A stretch of DNA of 64,000 nucleotides from an uncultured Spirochaetota bacterium (GCA_963734495.1 CAVTHK010000011.1:640001-704000), one strand, 5' to 3'; positions 1 through 10,817 are shown, numbered from the stretch's first letter. The notes: a model not told the origin generated them from the sequence alone. Numbers and translations are program-made.

Positions 1-320
1 TAGCCGGCGAGGATCTTGACCGCGGCCGTGGTGATCGACTCCATTCCGCTGGCGCAATTCCTGTGCACCGTCACGGCCGGAACCCGCTCGGGTATGCCCG
101 CCTTGAGCGCGATGACGCGCGCGACGTTCGCCGCATGCGCCGGCTGCGCCACGTTGCCGATGATCACTTCGTCGATCTGGTCCGCCGCGATCCGCGTGCG
201 GTTGACGATCTCGCGCACGACCATCGCCCCCAGGTCGTCTGCGGGAGTGTCCCTGAACAGGGTTCCCGCCTTGGCCATCGGGGTGCGCACCCCGTCGACA
301 ATCGCGATCCGCTCCTTCAT
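1..320 (-). CDS. Acetyl-CoA C-acyltransferase (thiolase), N-terminal part; runs off the window
   Basis: Manual translation of the minus strand (absent from the ORF track): MKERIAIVDGVRTPMAKAG...DEVIIGNV...ARVIALKAG...PAVTVHRNCASGMESI. This contains the thiolase RTP motif and the active-site CASG. Its ATG overlaps the TGA of the upstream ligase (ATGA). Confidence 0.93.
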   Translation of the reverse strand, partial: MKERIAIVDGVRTPMAKAGTLFRDTPADDLGAMVVREIVNRTRIAADQIDEVIIGNVAQPAHAANVARVIALKAGIPERVPAVTVHRNCASGMESITTAAVKILAG

Positions 321-2137
321 TTCCACCCCCCGATGGAGCGGTACATCCCCTCGATGAGGCCGCTGTACTGCCGTTCGATGACGAACCTCCTCGGCTTGAG
401 CGTCTGGGTCAGCTCTCCCGTCTCCACTTCGGCCGGGTGATCGAGGATGGCGAAGCGCTCAACCCGCTCGCAGTGGTGCAGGTGCGCGTTGATCCCGTCC
501 ACGTATTCCTGCGTCTTCTGCCTCAGGAAATCGCTGCCGAGAAACTCGGCGTCGCTCATGTCCGCCAGGCCGAACCTCTTCTTGAACGCCGGCATCTTCT
601 GGAGGTCAGGGAAGAGGAGGGCGACCACGTACGGCCGTCCATCGGCGACGATCACGGCGGAATCCACGAACGGAATGCCTGAGAGAGCGAACTCGATGGG
701 TCCGGGGGGCACGTACTCCCCCGTGGACTTCTTGAACATCTCCTTCTTCCTGCCCTCGATCCGCAGGAAGCCCTCATCGTCCAGAGAGCCGAGGTCGCCC
801 GTGCGCAGCCATCCGTCCGGAGTGAGGACTTCGGCCGTGAGGTCGCGGCTGTTGTGATACCCCCGCATGACATTGGGCCCTCGCGCCAGGATTTCCCCGT
901 CCTCGGCGATCCTGACCTCGACGCTGGGGAAGAGCGCTCCCACGGTGCCCAGCTTCCGCCGGCCGGGGTAGTTGGCTGCGATCACCGGCGCGGCCTCCGT
1001 GAGGCCGTACCCTTCGTAGATAGGGACACCGATGTTCACGAGGAGGCGGGCGACCTCAGGTTGGAGCTTCGACGAGCCGCAGATGACGGACCGGAGTCGC
1101 CCTCCCAGGGCTGCGGTCATGCGGGGATACACCATCCGGCGGTACAGCGCGTCCAGGAGGCGCGGCGGGCTCTCCGGGTCTTTGCGCGCGGCCCGCGAAA
1201 GCGCCGCGCGGGCAAGAAGACGCCGCGCTCCGGTGGAGCTTTCGACCGCCTCGCCGATGCGCGCAGCGACCTTCTCCAGGATCCGCGGGACGACCGTCAG
1301 GACCGTGGGTCGAACCGCCCGCATGTACTCCGCGAGTCTCTTGGGATCGTCCACGAAATAGACGTGCAGCCCGCTCGCCATGTAGAAGTAGCAGACCATC
1401 CTCTCGAACACGTGGGCGAGAGGAAGGCCTGAGAGGCAGACGTCGTGTCCCGACTCCATGGGGAACCGGACCGCGGCGTCCTCGACCTGGGAGACGAGGC
1501 TCTCCTGGGTGAGCTCGACGCCCTTTGGCAAACCCATGCTTCCGCTGGTGTAGATGATGGTGGCCAGGTCTGAGGGGGAAACCGTCCGGCACAGCGTGTC
1601 GAACAGCCCGGGGTCCTCCTTGTCCCGGGCCTCGCCTCTCTGCAGAATCTCGTCGAAGGCCTGGTGGGTCCCCGAATACCAGAAGCTGATGAGCTTGACC
1701 AGGCTGCCGGCATGCTCGAAGGCCATCGGCATCTCTTCCGGGTTGCCCACGAACAGGAAGCGCATGCCGGAGTCCCTGATTTCGTGCGTGAAGCTCTCCA
1801 CGGAGATCCTGGTGAAGATCGGCACCGTGACGCCGCCCGCGATCTGGATGGCGAGGTCCACCATCAGCCACAACGGCGACGACGGCGCGATGAGGCCGAC
1901 GGATTCGCCCCTGCCAATCCCGAGGTCCCGCAGCCCGAGAGCAAGCCGTCTTACGATCTCGCTCAAGCGGGCGTGCGAATAGGTGATCCAGTCCCCGCCG
2001 CGAGGGTAGCTCAGGGCGTCTTGAAGCCCGTAAGTCGAAATAGCGTAGCTGAACAGCTCGGGCAGGGTGCTGAAAGGGAACCTTTTTGCCTGCGGCCTCT
2101 GCGTGCTCAGCGCAGCGCCCCTGAGAGCCACTTCCAT
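317..2137 (-). CDS. fadD: Long-chain fatty-acid--CoA ligase (AMP-binding family)
   Basis: YTSGSMGLPKG AMP-binding loop, YEGYGLTE, GWLRTGDLG and GRKKE motifs. Start placed at ATG 2137 after GAGAGG (ORF track extends to 2185). Coupled to the thiolase. Confidence 0.9.
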   Translation of the reverse strand: MEVALRGAALSTQRPQAKRFPFSTLPELFSYAISTYGLQDALSYPRGGDWITYSHARLSEIVRRLALGLRDLGIGRGESVGLIAPSSPLWLMVDLAIQIAGGVTVPIFTRISVESFTHEIRDSGMRFLFVGNPEEMPMAFEHAGSLVKLISFWYSGTHQAFDEILQRGEARDKEDPGLFDTLCRTVSPSDLATIIYTSGSMGLPKGVELTQESLVSQVEDAAVRFPMESGHDVCLSGLPLAHVFERMVCYFYMASGLHVYFVDDPKRLAEYMRAVRPTVLTVVPRILEKVAARIGEAVESSTGARRLLARAALSRAARKDPESPPRLLDALYRRMVYPRMTAALGGRLRSVICGSSKLQPEVARLLVNIGVPIYEGYGLTEAAPVIAANYPGRRKLGTVGALFPSVEVRIAEDGEILARGPNVMRGYHNSRDLTAEVLTPDGWLRTGDLGSLDDEGFLRIEGRKKEMFKKSTGEYVPPGPIEFALSGIPFVDSAVIVADGRPYVVALLFPDLQKMPAFKKRFGLADMSDAEFLGSDFLRQKTQEYVDGINAHLHHCERVERFAILDHPAEVETGELTQTLKPRRFVIERQYSGLIEGMYRSIGGWK

Positions 2138-2198
2138 GGATGCGCCTCTCGAGGCAAAGTTACCCTTCGGCCCGGCCGGAGGCAAACAAAACGCCTGT

Positions 2199-2418
2199 GC
2201 GAGTACGCCGGGTCAACGTTACGGGCAAGGACGGCTGCGATCCGCGCGGGAACCCCGGAGGCGCGAGGCCTCCGGGGTTCCCGGCGAAGCGGACGCATCG
2301 GTCGGCGTGAGGCACCGGCGGCGTGGGCCGGCGGCACTGGCAGGCGCGCGCGGCCACAGCTCGGCGAGTACGCCGGGTCAGGGCACCCGGCGAGTACGCC
2401 GGGTCAAGGCACCCGGCG
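2199..2418. repeat. Short intergenic direct repeats: two tandem 26-bp units plus a partial third copy
   Basis: cggcgagtacgccgggtca(g/a)ggcacc at 2362-2387 and 2388-2413; gcgagtacgccgggtcaa at 2199-2216. Confidence 0.85.
2247..2283. terminator. 16-bp perfect stem-loop downstream of the solute-binding protein gene (terminator or mRNA stabiliser)
   Basis: cgggaaccccggaggc-gcgag-gcctccggggttcccg; no poly-U tail. Confidence 0.6.
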
Positions 2419-2431
2419 GACCGCGCCCGGC

Positions 2432-3940
2432 CTACTTCGGGACGACCTTGTTCGGGTCCTTGGCGTACAGCTCGTTCAGCTCCTTGGTCACCTGGTCGCC
2501 GCCGGCTGCCTTCCAGTCATCGAGCGCCTTCTGCCACCCGGCCTTGTCGATCTGGCCCATGACGTACTTGATCCGCGCGTCCGTGACGATCTTGGTGAGG
2601 TCCGCGCGGCGCTCGTTCCACGTGTTGGAGATATAGGACGCGGCCGGGTTCGGCACGATCTTGTCTTGCACCGCGGCCTTGGCCTCGCGGTAAGCCATGA
2701 TGGCCGGGTCGAGCTGGCCCTTCATCGCGCGCGAGCCGTCGGAGATCTGCAGGCACTGCTGCGGCTGGATCACTTCGAGGCTGTACTTGTCCTGCTGCTC
2801 CCTGGTGCGCACGGCCTGGCCGTCCTTGACCGTGTAGTGGACCCCCTCGAGGCCCCACTCGAAGATGTTGGCTCCGGCCGGCTCAGAGAGCTTGTCGAAG
2901 AACGTCAGGATGCGCTTGAGCTCGGCCTCGCTCTTGACCGCGGTCTTCGCGAACACGAACTCGCCGGTGTAGCCGTTGTCCATCAGGATCCGAACGTTGC
3001 CCTTGGCGCTCGTGAGCGTCGACGTCACCGCCAGCTTGGCCTTGGGGTTCAGCCTGTAGAGCTGGGCCTGGCGGGTGATCTGGTCGGGGTCGCCCATGCG
3101 GACGCCGATCTTGCCCTTGTCCATGTTGTCGATCTGCATCGGCCGCGTGGACAGCGGGATGTCCTGGTTCATGAGCTTCTCGGCGAAGATCCTGCGGTAG
3201 AAGTCCATGGCGTCCATCCAGGCCTTGCTGAACATCGTCGAGACCAGCTTTCCGTCGACGACGTCCCACGTCTGCCCGCCGCCGGTGGCCGCGAGAATGA
3301 AGTTGAACCCGCGCATCCCCGACTCCTCGGCGAAGCCGATGGTGTTGTTCTGGCCGTCCTTGTCGGGGTCGTTCAGGGTAAACGCCCGCAGCATGGCGTA
3401 CACGTCGTCCAGGGTCTGGGGCGGCTTCATGCCGAGGTTTTCGACCCAGTCCAGGCGGTACACCATCCCGTCGCCCACCAGGGCGCGGCTGCGGAACAGG
3501 GTGTAGGTCTTGCCGTCCAGCGACAGGTTCTTCTGGACGAACTTGTTCTGGGCCTGCTCGATGTTCGGGTAGCTCTTGAGATAGGGCGTGAGCTCCCAGA
3601 AGTAGCCCGACTGCATCGCGGCCACGAGCGAGGCGGGCCGTGTCTGCACGAGGGTGACCATCGGCAGGTTCCCCGCCGCGATCACGGCGTTCAGCTTGTC
3701 GGTGTAGACGTTGCCTCCGGGGAACCACTGGATCTCCAGCTTCGTGTTCGTCAGCTTCTCCACGGCCTGGATGATCGGGTCATCGGGCTTGGTGGGCTCG
3801 GCGAGGATGCTCTGGTTCATCATGGTGATGACCGCGGGCTTCCCCCCGGCGGCGCCCGCGCTCTCCGGGCTCCCGGTGGCGAGCGCCAGGGCGGCGGGCA
3901 GCAGCACGAGGACCAGCATGACTCTTGCGAAACGCGACAT
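2432..3940 (-). CDS. ABC transporter extracellular solute-binding protein (LplA-like, oligosaccharide/aldouronate type)
   Basis: Signal peptide; YRLDWVENLGMKPPQTLDDVYAML and DPDKDGQNNTIG motifs typical of LplA-like proteins; downstream of two permeases. Confidence 0.9.
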   Translation of the reverse strand: MSRFARVMLVLVLLPAALALATGSPESAGAAGGKPAVITMMNQSILAEPTKPDDPIIQAVEKLTNTKLEIQWFPGGNVYTDKLNAVIAAGNLPMVTLVQTRPASLVAAMQSGYFWELTPYLKSYPNIEQAQNKFVQKNLSLDGKTYTLFRSRALVGDGMVYRLDWVENLGMKPPQTLDDVYAMLRAFTLNDPDKDGQNNTIGFAEESGMRGFNFILAATGGGQTWDVVDGKLVSTMFSKAWMDAMDFYRRIFAEKLMNQDIPLSTRPMQIDNMDKGKIGVRMGDPDQITRQAQLYRLNPKAKLAVTSTLTSAKGNVRILMDNGYTGEFVFAKTAVKSEAELKRILTFFDKLSEPAGANIFEWGLEGVHYTVKDGQAVRTREQQDKYSLEVIQPQQCLQISDGSRAMKGQLDPAIMAYREAKAAVQDKIVPNPAASYISNTWNERRADLTKIVTDARIKYVMGQIDKAGWQKALDDWKAAGGDQVTKELNELYAKDPNKVVPK

Positions 3941-4143
3941 GGATCACTCCTTTCGAGCGAACGGGAACGTGTTCATCGGGCGCCGCGGCCTCCGGTGCGG
4001 CCGGCGTGCGCCGATCCTTGCCTCAGAACGAACTGCACCTCCTTGCCTTCGATCGGCCGCGGTCTGACCACGGTCTGCCGCGGCCTGACACGCCGTACCG
4101 GCGTGGACAACGGGCGGCCGAACGTCCGGCCGCCCGCCGCATC

Positions 4144-5025
4144 CTATCCCTTGATCGATCCGACCAGAGCTCCTTTGACAAAGTGCTTCTGGAGGAACGG
4201 GTAAACGCACAGGATCGGCAGGGTCGCGATCACGATGACCGTCATCTTGATGATCTGCGACGGCGGGACGACGTAGGTCGAGTCGAAGAACGTCGAATCC
4301 CCGATCCCGCCGAACGACAGGATGACGATCTGCCTCAGCCAGACCTGCACCGGCCACATGCGGTTGTTGTCGATGTAGAGCACCGCGTGAAAGAACGCGT
4401 TCCAGTGGCCGACGGCGTAGAACAGCGTGAAGCTGGCCAGCATCGGCAGGGAAAGAGGCAGCACCACCAGTCCCAGGATCCTCAGGTCGTTGCACCCCTC
4501 CATCTTGGCCGCCTCTTCCAGGCTTTCCGGGATCTGCTGGAAGAAGTTCTTCATGACCACGAGGTAGAACGCGCTGATCGCGTTCGGGATCACGAGAGCC
4601 CAGAACGTGTTCAAGAGCCCGACCATCTTGACGACGAGGAAGGTCGGGATCATGCCTCCGCTGAACAGCATGGTGAACGTCACCAGCAGCAGGAGCACGC
4701 GCCGGCCGTCGAGGTCCCGCTTCGACAGGGGATAGGCCGTCAGCGAGGTGAACAGCAGGTTGATCGCCGTGCCGACCACGGTCACGAGGACCGTCACCCC
4801 GAGGCTGTGGATCAGCGTGTCGCTCGCGAACACGTACTGGTAGCCGGCAAGGGAGATCTTCCTGGGGATGAGGACCACGCCCCTGGTCAGCATCTCCTGC
4901 GGCGAAGTCAGCGAGCCCCCGATGATGTAGACAAAGGGCAGCAGGGCGCACGCCGCGAACGCGAAGAGGAACGTGTAGTTGAAGAGGTCGAACGCGCGGC
5001 TGGCTGCTGATCTGTCCCTCGGCAT
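4144..5025 (-). CDS. Carbohydrate ABC transporter permease (LplC-like)
   Basis: Multiple TM helices; FSGGMIPTF; EAA loop ESLEEAAKMEG; C-terminal YPFLQKHFVKG. Confidence 0.92.
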   Translation of the reverse strand: MPRDRSAASRAFDLFNYTFLFAFAACALLPFVYIIGGSLTSPQEMLTRGVVLIPRKISLAGYQYVFASDTLIHSLGVTVLVTVVGTAINLLFTSLTAYPLSKRDLDGRRVLLLLVTFTMLFSGGMIPTFLVVKMVGLLNTFWALVIPNAISAFYLVVMKNFFQQIPESLEEAAKMEGCNDLRILGLVVLPLSLPMLASFTLFYAVGHWNAFFHAVLYIDNNRMWPVQVWLRQIVILSFGGIGDSTFFDSTYVVPPSQIIKMTVIVIATLPILCVYPFLQKHFVKGALVGSIKG

Positions 5026-5043
5026 TTCGGTCGCACCCCCGGA

Positions 5044-6012
5044 CTAATAGATGCCCTCTTCGCCCGCCCTCTTGGCGAAGGAGTTGGCGAGCAGGACGAG
5101 CGTGATCCCCACCACGGACTTGAACAGGTTCGCGGCCGTGGCGTAGCTGAAGTTGCCCTGCTGGATGCCGCTGATGTACACGAACGTGTCGAACACGTTC
5201 CCCGTCTCCTCGTTCATCGGGTTCAGCATCAGGAAGATCTGCTCGAAGCCGGAATCGAGAAAGCTCCCGAGCCGCAGGATGAGCAGGATGACGATCATGC
5301 TCCTGATCCCCGGAAGCGTGACGTGCCAGGTCTGGGGCCACCTCCCCGCCCCGTCGATGCGGGCGGCCTCGTAGAGCTGCGGATCGATCGCCGTGAGGGC
5401 CGCGAGGAACAGGATCGTTCCCCAGCCCGTCTCCTTCCAGATCACCTGGCTCACGACCATGGGGCGGAACCACTCGGGGCTCAGGAGGAAATTGATCTTC
5501 TCCCGTCCGGCCTGCACCAGGAGGTTGTTGACGATGCCGCCGTCGGGGGTGAACAGGATGTACGCTATTCCGACGACGACGACCCACGAGATGAAGTGGG
5601 GGATGTAGATGAGCGTCTGTATGAGGCGCTTGTAGACGTCGCTGCGCAGCTCGTTGAGCATGAGCGAGATGATGATGGGGAGCGGAAAGAAGAACAGGAG
5701 ATTGTACACCGCCAGGATGAGGGTGTTACGGAAGACCGTGAGGAAGGCCGGGGCGTGGAGGAAGCGGACGAAGTGCGCGAGGCCCACCCACTTGCTCCCC
5801 AGGAAGCCGGCAAACGGGGAGTAGTCCTTGAAGGCGATCATCACCCCCCACATGGGGAGGTACTTGAAGATCGCGAAATAGGCCATCCCCGGCAGCACCA
5901 TCAGGTAGAGCCAGCGGTTCTTCAGGGCGCGTCGCACCCGCAACCCGAGCCCCTGGTGCGGGCCGTGATCGGGGGCTTTGTCCGAGGCGGCGAACGTAAG
6001 CCTGCTATCCAT
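5044..6012 (-). CDS. Carbohydrate ABC transporter permease (LplB-like)
   Basis: PHFISWVV; EAA loop LYEAARIDGA; GFEQIFL. Start chosen at ATG 6012, downstream of a candidate promoter. Confidence 0.92.
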   Translation of the reverse strand: MDSRLTFAASDKAPDHGPHQGLGLRVRRALKNRWLYLMVLPGMAYFAIFKYLPMWGVMIAFKDYSPFAGFLGSKWVGLAHFVRFLHAPAFLTVFRNTLILAVYNLLFFFPLPIIISLMLNELRSDVYKRLIQTLIYIPHFISWVVVVGIAYILFTPDGGIVNNLLVQAGREKINFLLSPEWFRPMVVSQVIWKETGWGTILFLAALTAIDPQLYEAARIDGAGRWPQTWHVTLPGIRSMIVILLILRLGSFLDSGFEQIFLMLNPMNEETGNVFDTFVYISGIQQGNFSYATAANLFKSVVGITLVLLANSFAKRAGEEGIY

Positions 6013-6056
6013 CACGCGACCACGTAGAAGAACCGGTGCTTGGGGGCGCCGCAGAC

Positions 6057-6084
6057 ACTCTACTCCCGGCGGGTGGTTTGTCAA
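6057..6084 (-). promoter_or_regulatory. Candidate sigma70 promoter for the LplBCA-like operon
   Basis: Minus strand reads TTGACA-16 nt-TAGAGT. Confidence 0.5.
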
Positions 6085-6294
6085 GGCGGGCGGCGACCCG
6101 GCGTGCCCCGGCGTGCCCGGCGAGGGGGGCGAGGGCCTTCTCTAGCGGCGGGTTCGCCCGCGGCGGACGCTGCGCGCGAGGCGAGGCGGCCGCCCCGCCC
6201 GCCGTCCCCGGCCGTCGCAGGCGGTTGACGATGGCCGCCCTTTCGAGCGACCCTTTCATTGCCGGAGAGGCGAAGCTCCGGCGAGGAGGCTTCC

Positions 6295-7831
6295 GTGCAC
6301 ACCGACACCAAGAAGCTCAGGTACTTTGCCGGCGGCGAGTTCAAGGAATCGCGCTCAGCGAAGTACATGAATTGTTACGATCCTTCGACGGGCGAGGTGA
6401 TCGCGCTGGCCCCGCAGTGCACGCCCGCCGAGGTCGAGGAGGCTGTGGCGGCAGCCAAGGCGGCGTTCCCTGCCTGGGCGGACACGCCTCCGAACAAGCG
6501 CGTGCAGGTCCTGTTCCGCCTCAAGGCGCTGCTCGACAAGCACCTCGACGAGCTGACCCTGCTGTGCGCCAAGGAGAACGGCAAGGTCTGGGACGAGGCC
6601 ATGGGCGACGTGGCCAAGGCGATCGAGGTCACCGAGTTCGCCTGCGGCATCCCGCACCTGCTCGAGGGCCCTGCCCTCATGAACGTCACCTCCGGCTACG
6701 ACACCGTGCAGTACATGGAGCCGGTGGGGGTGTTCGCGGCGATCGCCCCGTGGAACTTTCCCGCCATGATCCCCATGGGCTGGATGGCGCCGCTCGCCAT
6801 CGCCACGGGCAACACGCTGGTGCTCAAGGCCGCGAGCTTCGTGCCGCAGAGCTCGCTGCGTATCGCGGAGCTGTGGCAGGAGGCGGGGCTCCCCAAGGGC
6901 GTGCTCAACGTCGTGACATGCTCGCGCAACGAGGCGGAGATCCTTCTGCGCCACCCCGACGTCAAGGGCATCTCCTTTGTCGGCTCCACGTCGGTCGGCC
7001 GCCACATCTACGCCACCGCGTCGGCCAACGGAAAGCGCGTGCAGTGCCTCACCGAGGCCAAGAACCACGCCCTCGTGCTGCGCGACGCCGCCCTCGAGCG
7101 CACGGCGCGCGGCATCGTGAACTCCTCCTGCGGCTGCGCGGGCGAGCGCTGCATGGCTCTGCCCGCGGTCTGCGTCGAGGAGGCGGTCGCGGACTCAGCT
7201 CGTCGACGCGCTGGCCAGGATGATGAAGGGGCTCAAGATCGGCCCCGCCTACGACAAGACGAGCCAGCTCGGCCCCCTCGTCAACGCGGAGCACCGCGAG
7301 AGCGTGCGCGCGTGGGTGCAGAAAGGGATCGAAGAGGGTGCGAAGCTGGTTCTCGACGGGCGCAACGTCACGGTCAAGGGACACGAGGACGGCTTCTACA
7401 TGGGCCCCTGCCTCTTCGACCACGTGAAGCCGGGCATGAGCGTGGGCGACCGCGAGATCTTCGGGCCCGTCCTGTCGATCAAGCGGGTCAAGGACTTCGA
7501 AGAGGGCCTCGCGATCATGAACGAGAACGAGTTCGCCAACGGCTCGGCGATCTACACGCAGAGCGGCTACTGGGCGCGCGAGTTCTCGAAGCGCAGCCAC
7601 GGCGGCATGGTCGGCGTCAACGTCGGCATCCCCGTGCCGCTGAGCGTCTTCGGCTTCACCGGGCACAAGAGCTCGTTCTTCGGCGACCTGCACATGATGG
7701 GCACCGACGGCATCCGCTTCTTCACCGAGCAGAAGAGCGTGACGGCCCACTGGTTCTCCGAAGCCGAGGCGCGCGAGGCGAAGGTGCTCAACAGCTGGGA
7801 CGGCATGATCTCGATGCCGGACAGGAAGTAG
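6295..7831 (+). CDS. mmsA: CoA-acylating (methyl)malonate-semialdehyde dehydrogenase, IolA/MmsA family; apparent 1-nt insertion near 7195
   Basis: PWNFPAMIP, FVGSTSVG, EAKNH, AGERCMAL (catalytic Cys), EIFGPV, GMVGVNVGIPVP and SFFGDLH. ORFs 6259 and 7220 join (VADQLVDALARMM) if one T at about 7195 is removed. GTG start after GAGGAGG. Confidence 0.9.
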
Positions 7832-7862
7832 GCAGCTACAGGCCGGCCGGGGCGCGCGCGAT

Positions 7863-9248
7863 TCAGCGGGCGCCCGGCGCCGCGGCCACGTCCGCTTCCA
7901 CGAGCCGGATGCGCCGCCACGCGCCGCTGCGGAAGCGGGCGAACATGCCGACGCCCACAAGCACCACGAACACGACGAACACGCTAAAGACGGTCGTCGG
8001 CGCCGCTCTGGCCACGCGGACAAGGATGACTGCCGCGGTGGCAAAGGCCCAGTGCAGCCCCACCGAGATCGCCATGACCCAGCGGGTGTCTCCCGCCCCG
8101 CGCAGGGCCCCGGCAAAGACCAGGTGCGCCGCATCGGCCAGGATGTAGATGGCGGCGAGCCGCACGAGCGTCTTGGCGAGAAGGGCCGTTTCCGTCGCGC
8201 CGGCGCCGAAGCCCGAAGAGAACACGTTGACGAGGGCCGGCGTCGCGGCCACGAAGAGCACGGCGACCGTCCCCGCGTAGAGCCACGCGACGCGGAGCGC
8301 GAGAGCGGTCGCGCGCTGCACCATCTCCGGCTCCCTCGCCCCGACAAACTGCCCGACCAGCGACGTGACGGCAAAGCTCATCCCCAGCATGGGGATAAAG
8401 GCCACGATGTCCCAGTTGAACGCAATCGTCACCGAGGCTGCGACGCTCGGGCCGTAGGAATGCATGAACTGGATGAACAGGTTGAAGGCGAACGTGTTCA
8501 GGAACGTCTCGATCCCGGCCGGAATCCCGAAGCGGAGCAGGATCCCGATGGTGTTCCCCTCGAAAGCGAAGGCCCGGTGCGTGGCGAACTCCCGCCTGCA
8601 GCCGGGGCGCAGGAACTGGACCAGCAGCACGACGAAGGCGACGAAGCTTCCGAGCACGGCACCGAGGGCGGCGCCCGTGAGCCCGAGTGCGGGGAGCCCC
8701 AGCTTTCCGAAGATCAGGAGGTACTCGGCCGGGACGTTGATCGCCATGCCCGCCAGGTTGGCGACCATCACGACGCGGGTGCGGCCCACGCCGATAAAGA
8801 AGCCCGTGATGGCTGAACGCAGCACGCTGAAGAGGGAGCCGTAGACCAGGATGCGGTAGTACTCGTAGCCCAGGGCCACCTGCAGCGGCGTCTGTCCCGC
8901 GGCCGCGAACAGGTGCCGGGCGAGCGGCGAGATCGCGAGGATGATCGGGTAGCTCGCGACGGCCAGGATCAGGCCCTGGACGGCCGCCCGGGCGCACCTG
9001 TCGCGTCCCCCCGCCCCGAAGAGCTGGGCGACCACGGCGTTTGTGTAGCCCACGGTCCCCGCGAAGATGCCGCTCAGCGTGAAAGCGGTCAGGCCGCCGC
9101 TCATGGCTGCCGCGAGGTGAGCTTCGCCGAGCCTCGAGAGGAAGAGCCGGCCGACGAACATGTTGACTGTTTCCATGGCTTGGGAGACGACCATGGGAAG
9201 GGCGATGGCCAGCAGGCGGCTGAGCAGTGCAGGCGAACGCGAGGCCAC
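7863..9248 (-). CDS. MATE family efflux transporter
   Basis: About 12 TM segments; LIFGKLGLPALGLTGAALG and GALRGAGDT MATE motifs. Start is uncertain (GTG at 9248 chosen; ORF extends to 9368). Confidence 0.88.
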   Translation of the reverse strand: MASRSPALLSRLLAIALPMVVSQAMETVNMFVGRLFLSRLGEAHLAAAMSGGLTAFTLSGIFAGTVGYTNAVVAQLFGAGGRDRCARAAVQGLILAVASYPIILAISPLARHLFAAAGQTPLQVALGYEYYRILVYGSLFSVLRSAITGFFIGVGRTRVVMVANLAGMAINVPAEYLLIFGKLGLPALGLTGAALGAVLGSFVAFVVLLVQFLRPGCRREFATHRAFAFEGNTIGILLRFGIPAGIETFLNTFAFNLFIQFMHSYGPSVAASVTIAFNWDIVAFIPMLGMSFAVTSLVGQFVGAREPEMVQRATALALRVAWLYAGTVAVLFVAATPALVNVFSSGFGAGATETALLAKTLVRLAAIYILADAAHLVFAGALRGAGDTRWVMAISVGLHWAFATAAVILVRVARAAPTTVFSVFVVFVVLVGVGMFARFRSGAWRRIRLVEADVAAAPGAR

Positions 9249-9308
9249 GGCGAAGAATACCCCATCCGCGAGATGCGGCAAAGGAGGCGTGCGTCCTTCT
9301 TCTTTTTT

Positions 9309-9337
9309 TTGACAACGCGGGAATTCCCTTGTACGCT
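9309..9337 (+). promoter_or_regulatory. Candidate sigma70 promoter with a palindrome in the spacer
   Basis: TTGACA (9309-9314), 17 nt, TACGCT (9332-9337); perfect palindrome GGGAATTCCC at 9319-9328. Confidence 0.55.
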
Positions 9338-9382
9338 GCTCCTGGAACCTTGGACTGCGGTAGCGCAAAAGGAGATCGAGAA

Positions 9383-10704
9383 ATGAAGAACAGAGTCCTC
9401 GTCGTCCTGCTGCTCGTGGTTTCCGCGGGCGTGTTCGGCGCCGGCCGGCAGGAACCGGCGGCGAAAGCCGAGGCGAAAAAGGCGTACGCGGGAGCGAACG
9501 TCGTCTTTTCCTGCCTCGACACGACCAACTACAAGAAGATGGACAACCTGCTCCCCTGGGTCGAGCAGAAGACCGGCATCAAGGTAAGCATGGATTACAT
9601 TCCGGAAAACGCCTACATGACCAAGCTCCAGGTCGTGCTGTCGTCGAAGACGGGCGAGTACGACGTCATCTACGCCAACAACAAGATGTACCCGGTGCTC
9701 TTCCCGTCGGGCTGGATCCTCCCGCTGGACGACTATCTCAAGGACGCCGCACTCACCGGAGCGGACTACAACTACGGCGACTTTGTTCCCAAGATCGCCC
9801 AGAACGTCATGTACAACGGCAAGATCATGGGGATCCCCTTCGGGACGGAATCCAACATCCTCTACTACAACAAGAAGATGCTGGCCGACGCGGGTACACG
9901 GCCCCGCCGAAGACCATGGCGGAGGTCTACGAATACGCCAAGAAGCTCCACCAGCCCGACAAAGGCTACGCGGGCATTGCGATGCTGGGCACGCGCGAAG
10001 GCAACGTGAACGGCTACGGCTGGATCATGCTCTGGCTGTCCCTGGGCGGCAGCTGGGTCCCTCCGGGCCAGGAAAAGTACGCCGTTCTGGCCCGCCCCGA
10101 AGCCATCAAGGCGACTGAGATGTGGACCGACATGCTGACCAACTACGCTCCCAAGGGCATCTCGAACTTCGGATGGAACGAGCTGTACCTCTCCATGCAG
10201 CAGGGCAAGGTGGCCATGGTCATCGCGACGACCAAGGACTACCCGATCTTCGTCGATCCGTCCAAGTCGAAGATCGGCGAGACGCTGGGCTACGCGTGCA
10301 TCAAGGGCACCGGCGATGAATACACCGTCGGGAACATCGGCGCATGGCTCCTTCCGAGCTCGGGCAAGAACACCAAGGCGGCCTGGGTCGCGATCCAGAC
10401 GATGACCGGCAAGGACGCGCAGACCAAGCAGGTCGAGGAAAAGGACCTCGTCGACGTGACCCGGCAGTCGGTGATCGATTCCAAGGTATTCGGCAGCAAG
10501 TACAACCCGGAATGGGCGGCCGCCTCCAAGGAGGCCTTTGCGCACGGCTACGTCGAGTACACTCCGCTGATCGCGCAAGGCGGCCAGATCAGGGAGTTCC
10601 TCGCGATCGCGCTCTCCAAGAGCCTGTCCGGGCAGGCGAAGCCCAGGGAAGCCATGGAAGAAGCGAACGCCGCCGTGGTCAAGTTGCTGAGCGAGAAGAA
10701 ATAA
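9383..10704 (+). CDS. Sugar ABC transporter solute-binding protein; apparent 1-nt deletion near 9893
   Basis: RBS AAGGAG, signal peptide MKNRVLVV...FGAG, LYYNKKML motif. The two ORFs join as AG-YTAPPKTMAEV if one base is added in ggg at 9892-9894. Confidence 0.88.
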
Positions 10705-10817
10705 CGGCTCGAACGCACGCATCAGATATGGTCACTCGCACGGGGAGCGCGGGTCCGCGCTCCCCTCGTCAGGCTGTCGAGACCGCGCCTGCCGCCGACC
10801 CGCGAGGGGTCCCCCGC

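Noticed and set aside
1664-4204. Long antisense ORFs (also 28685-31594, 38010-40385, 19828-21549 and many others)
   Set aside because: Shadow frames of well-supported genes on the opposite strand, expected in high-GC DNA; no recognisable motifs.
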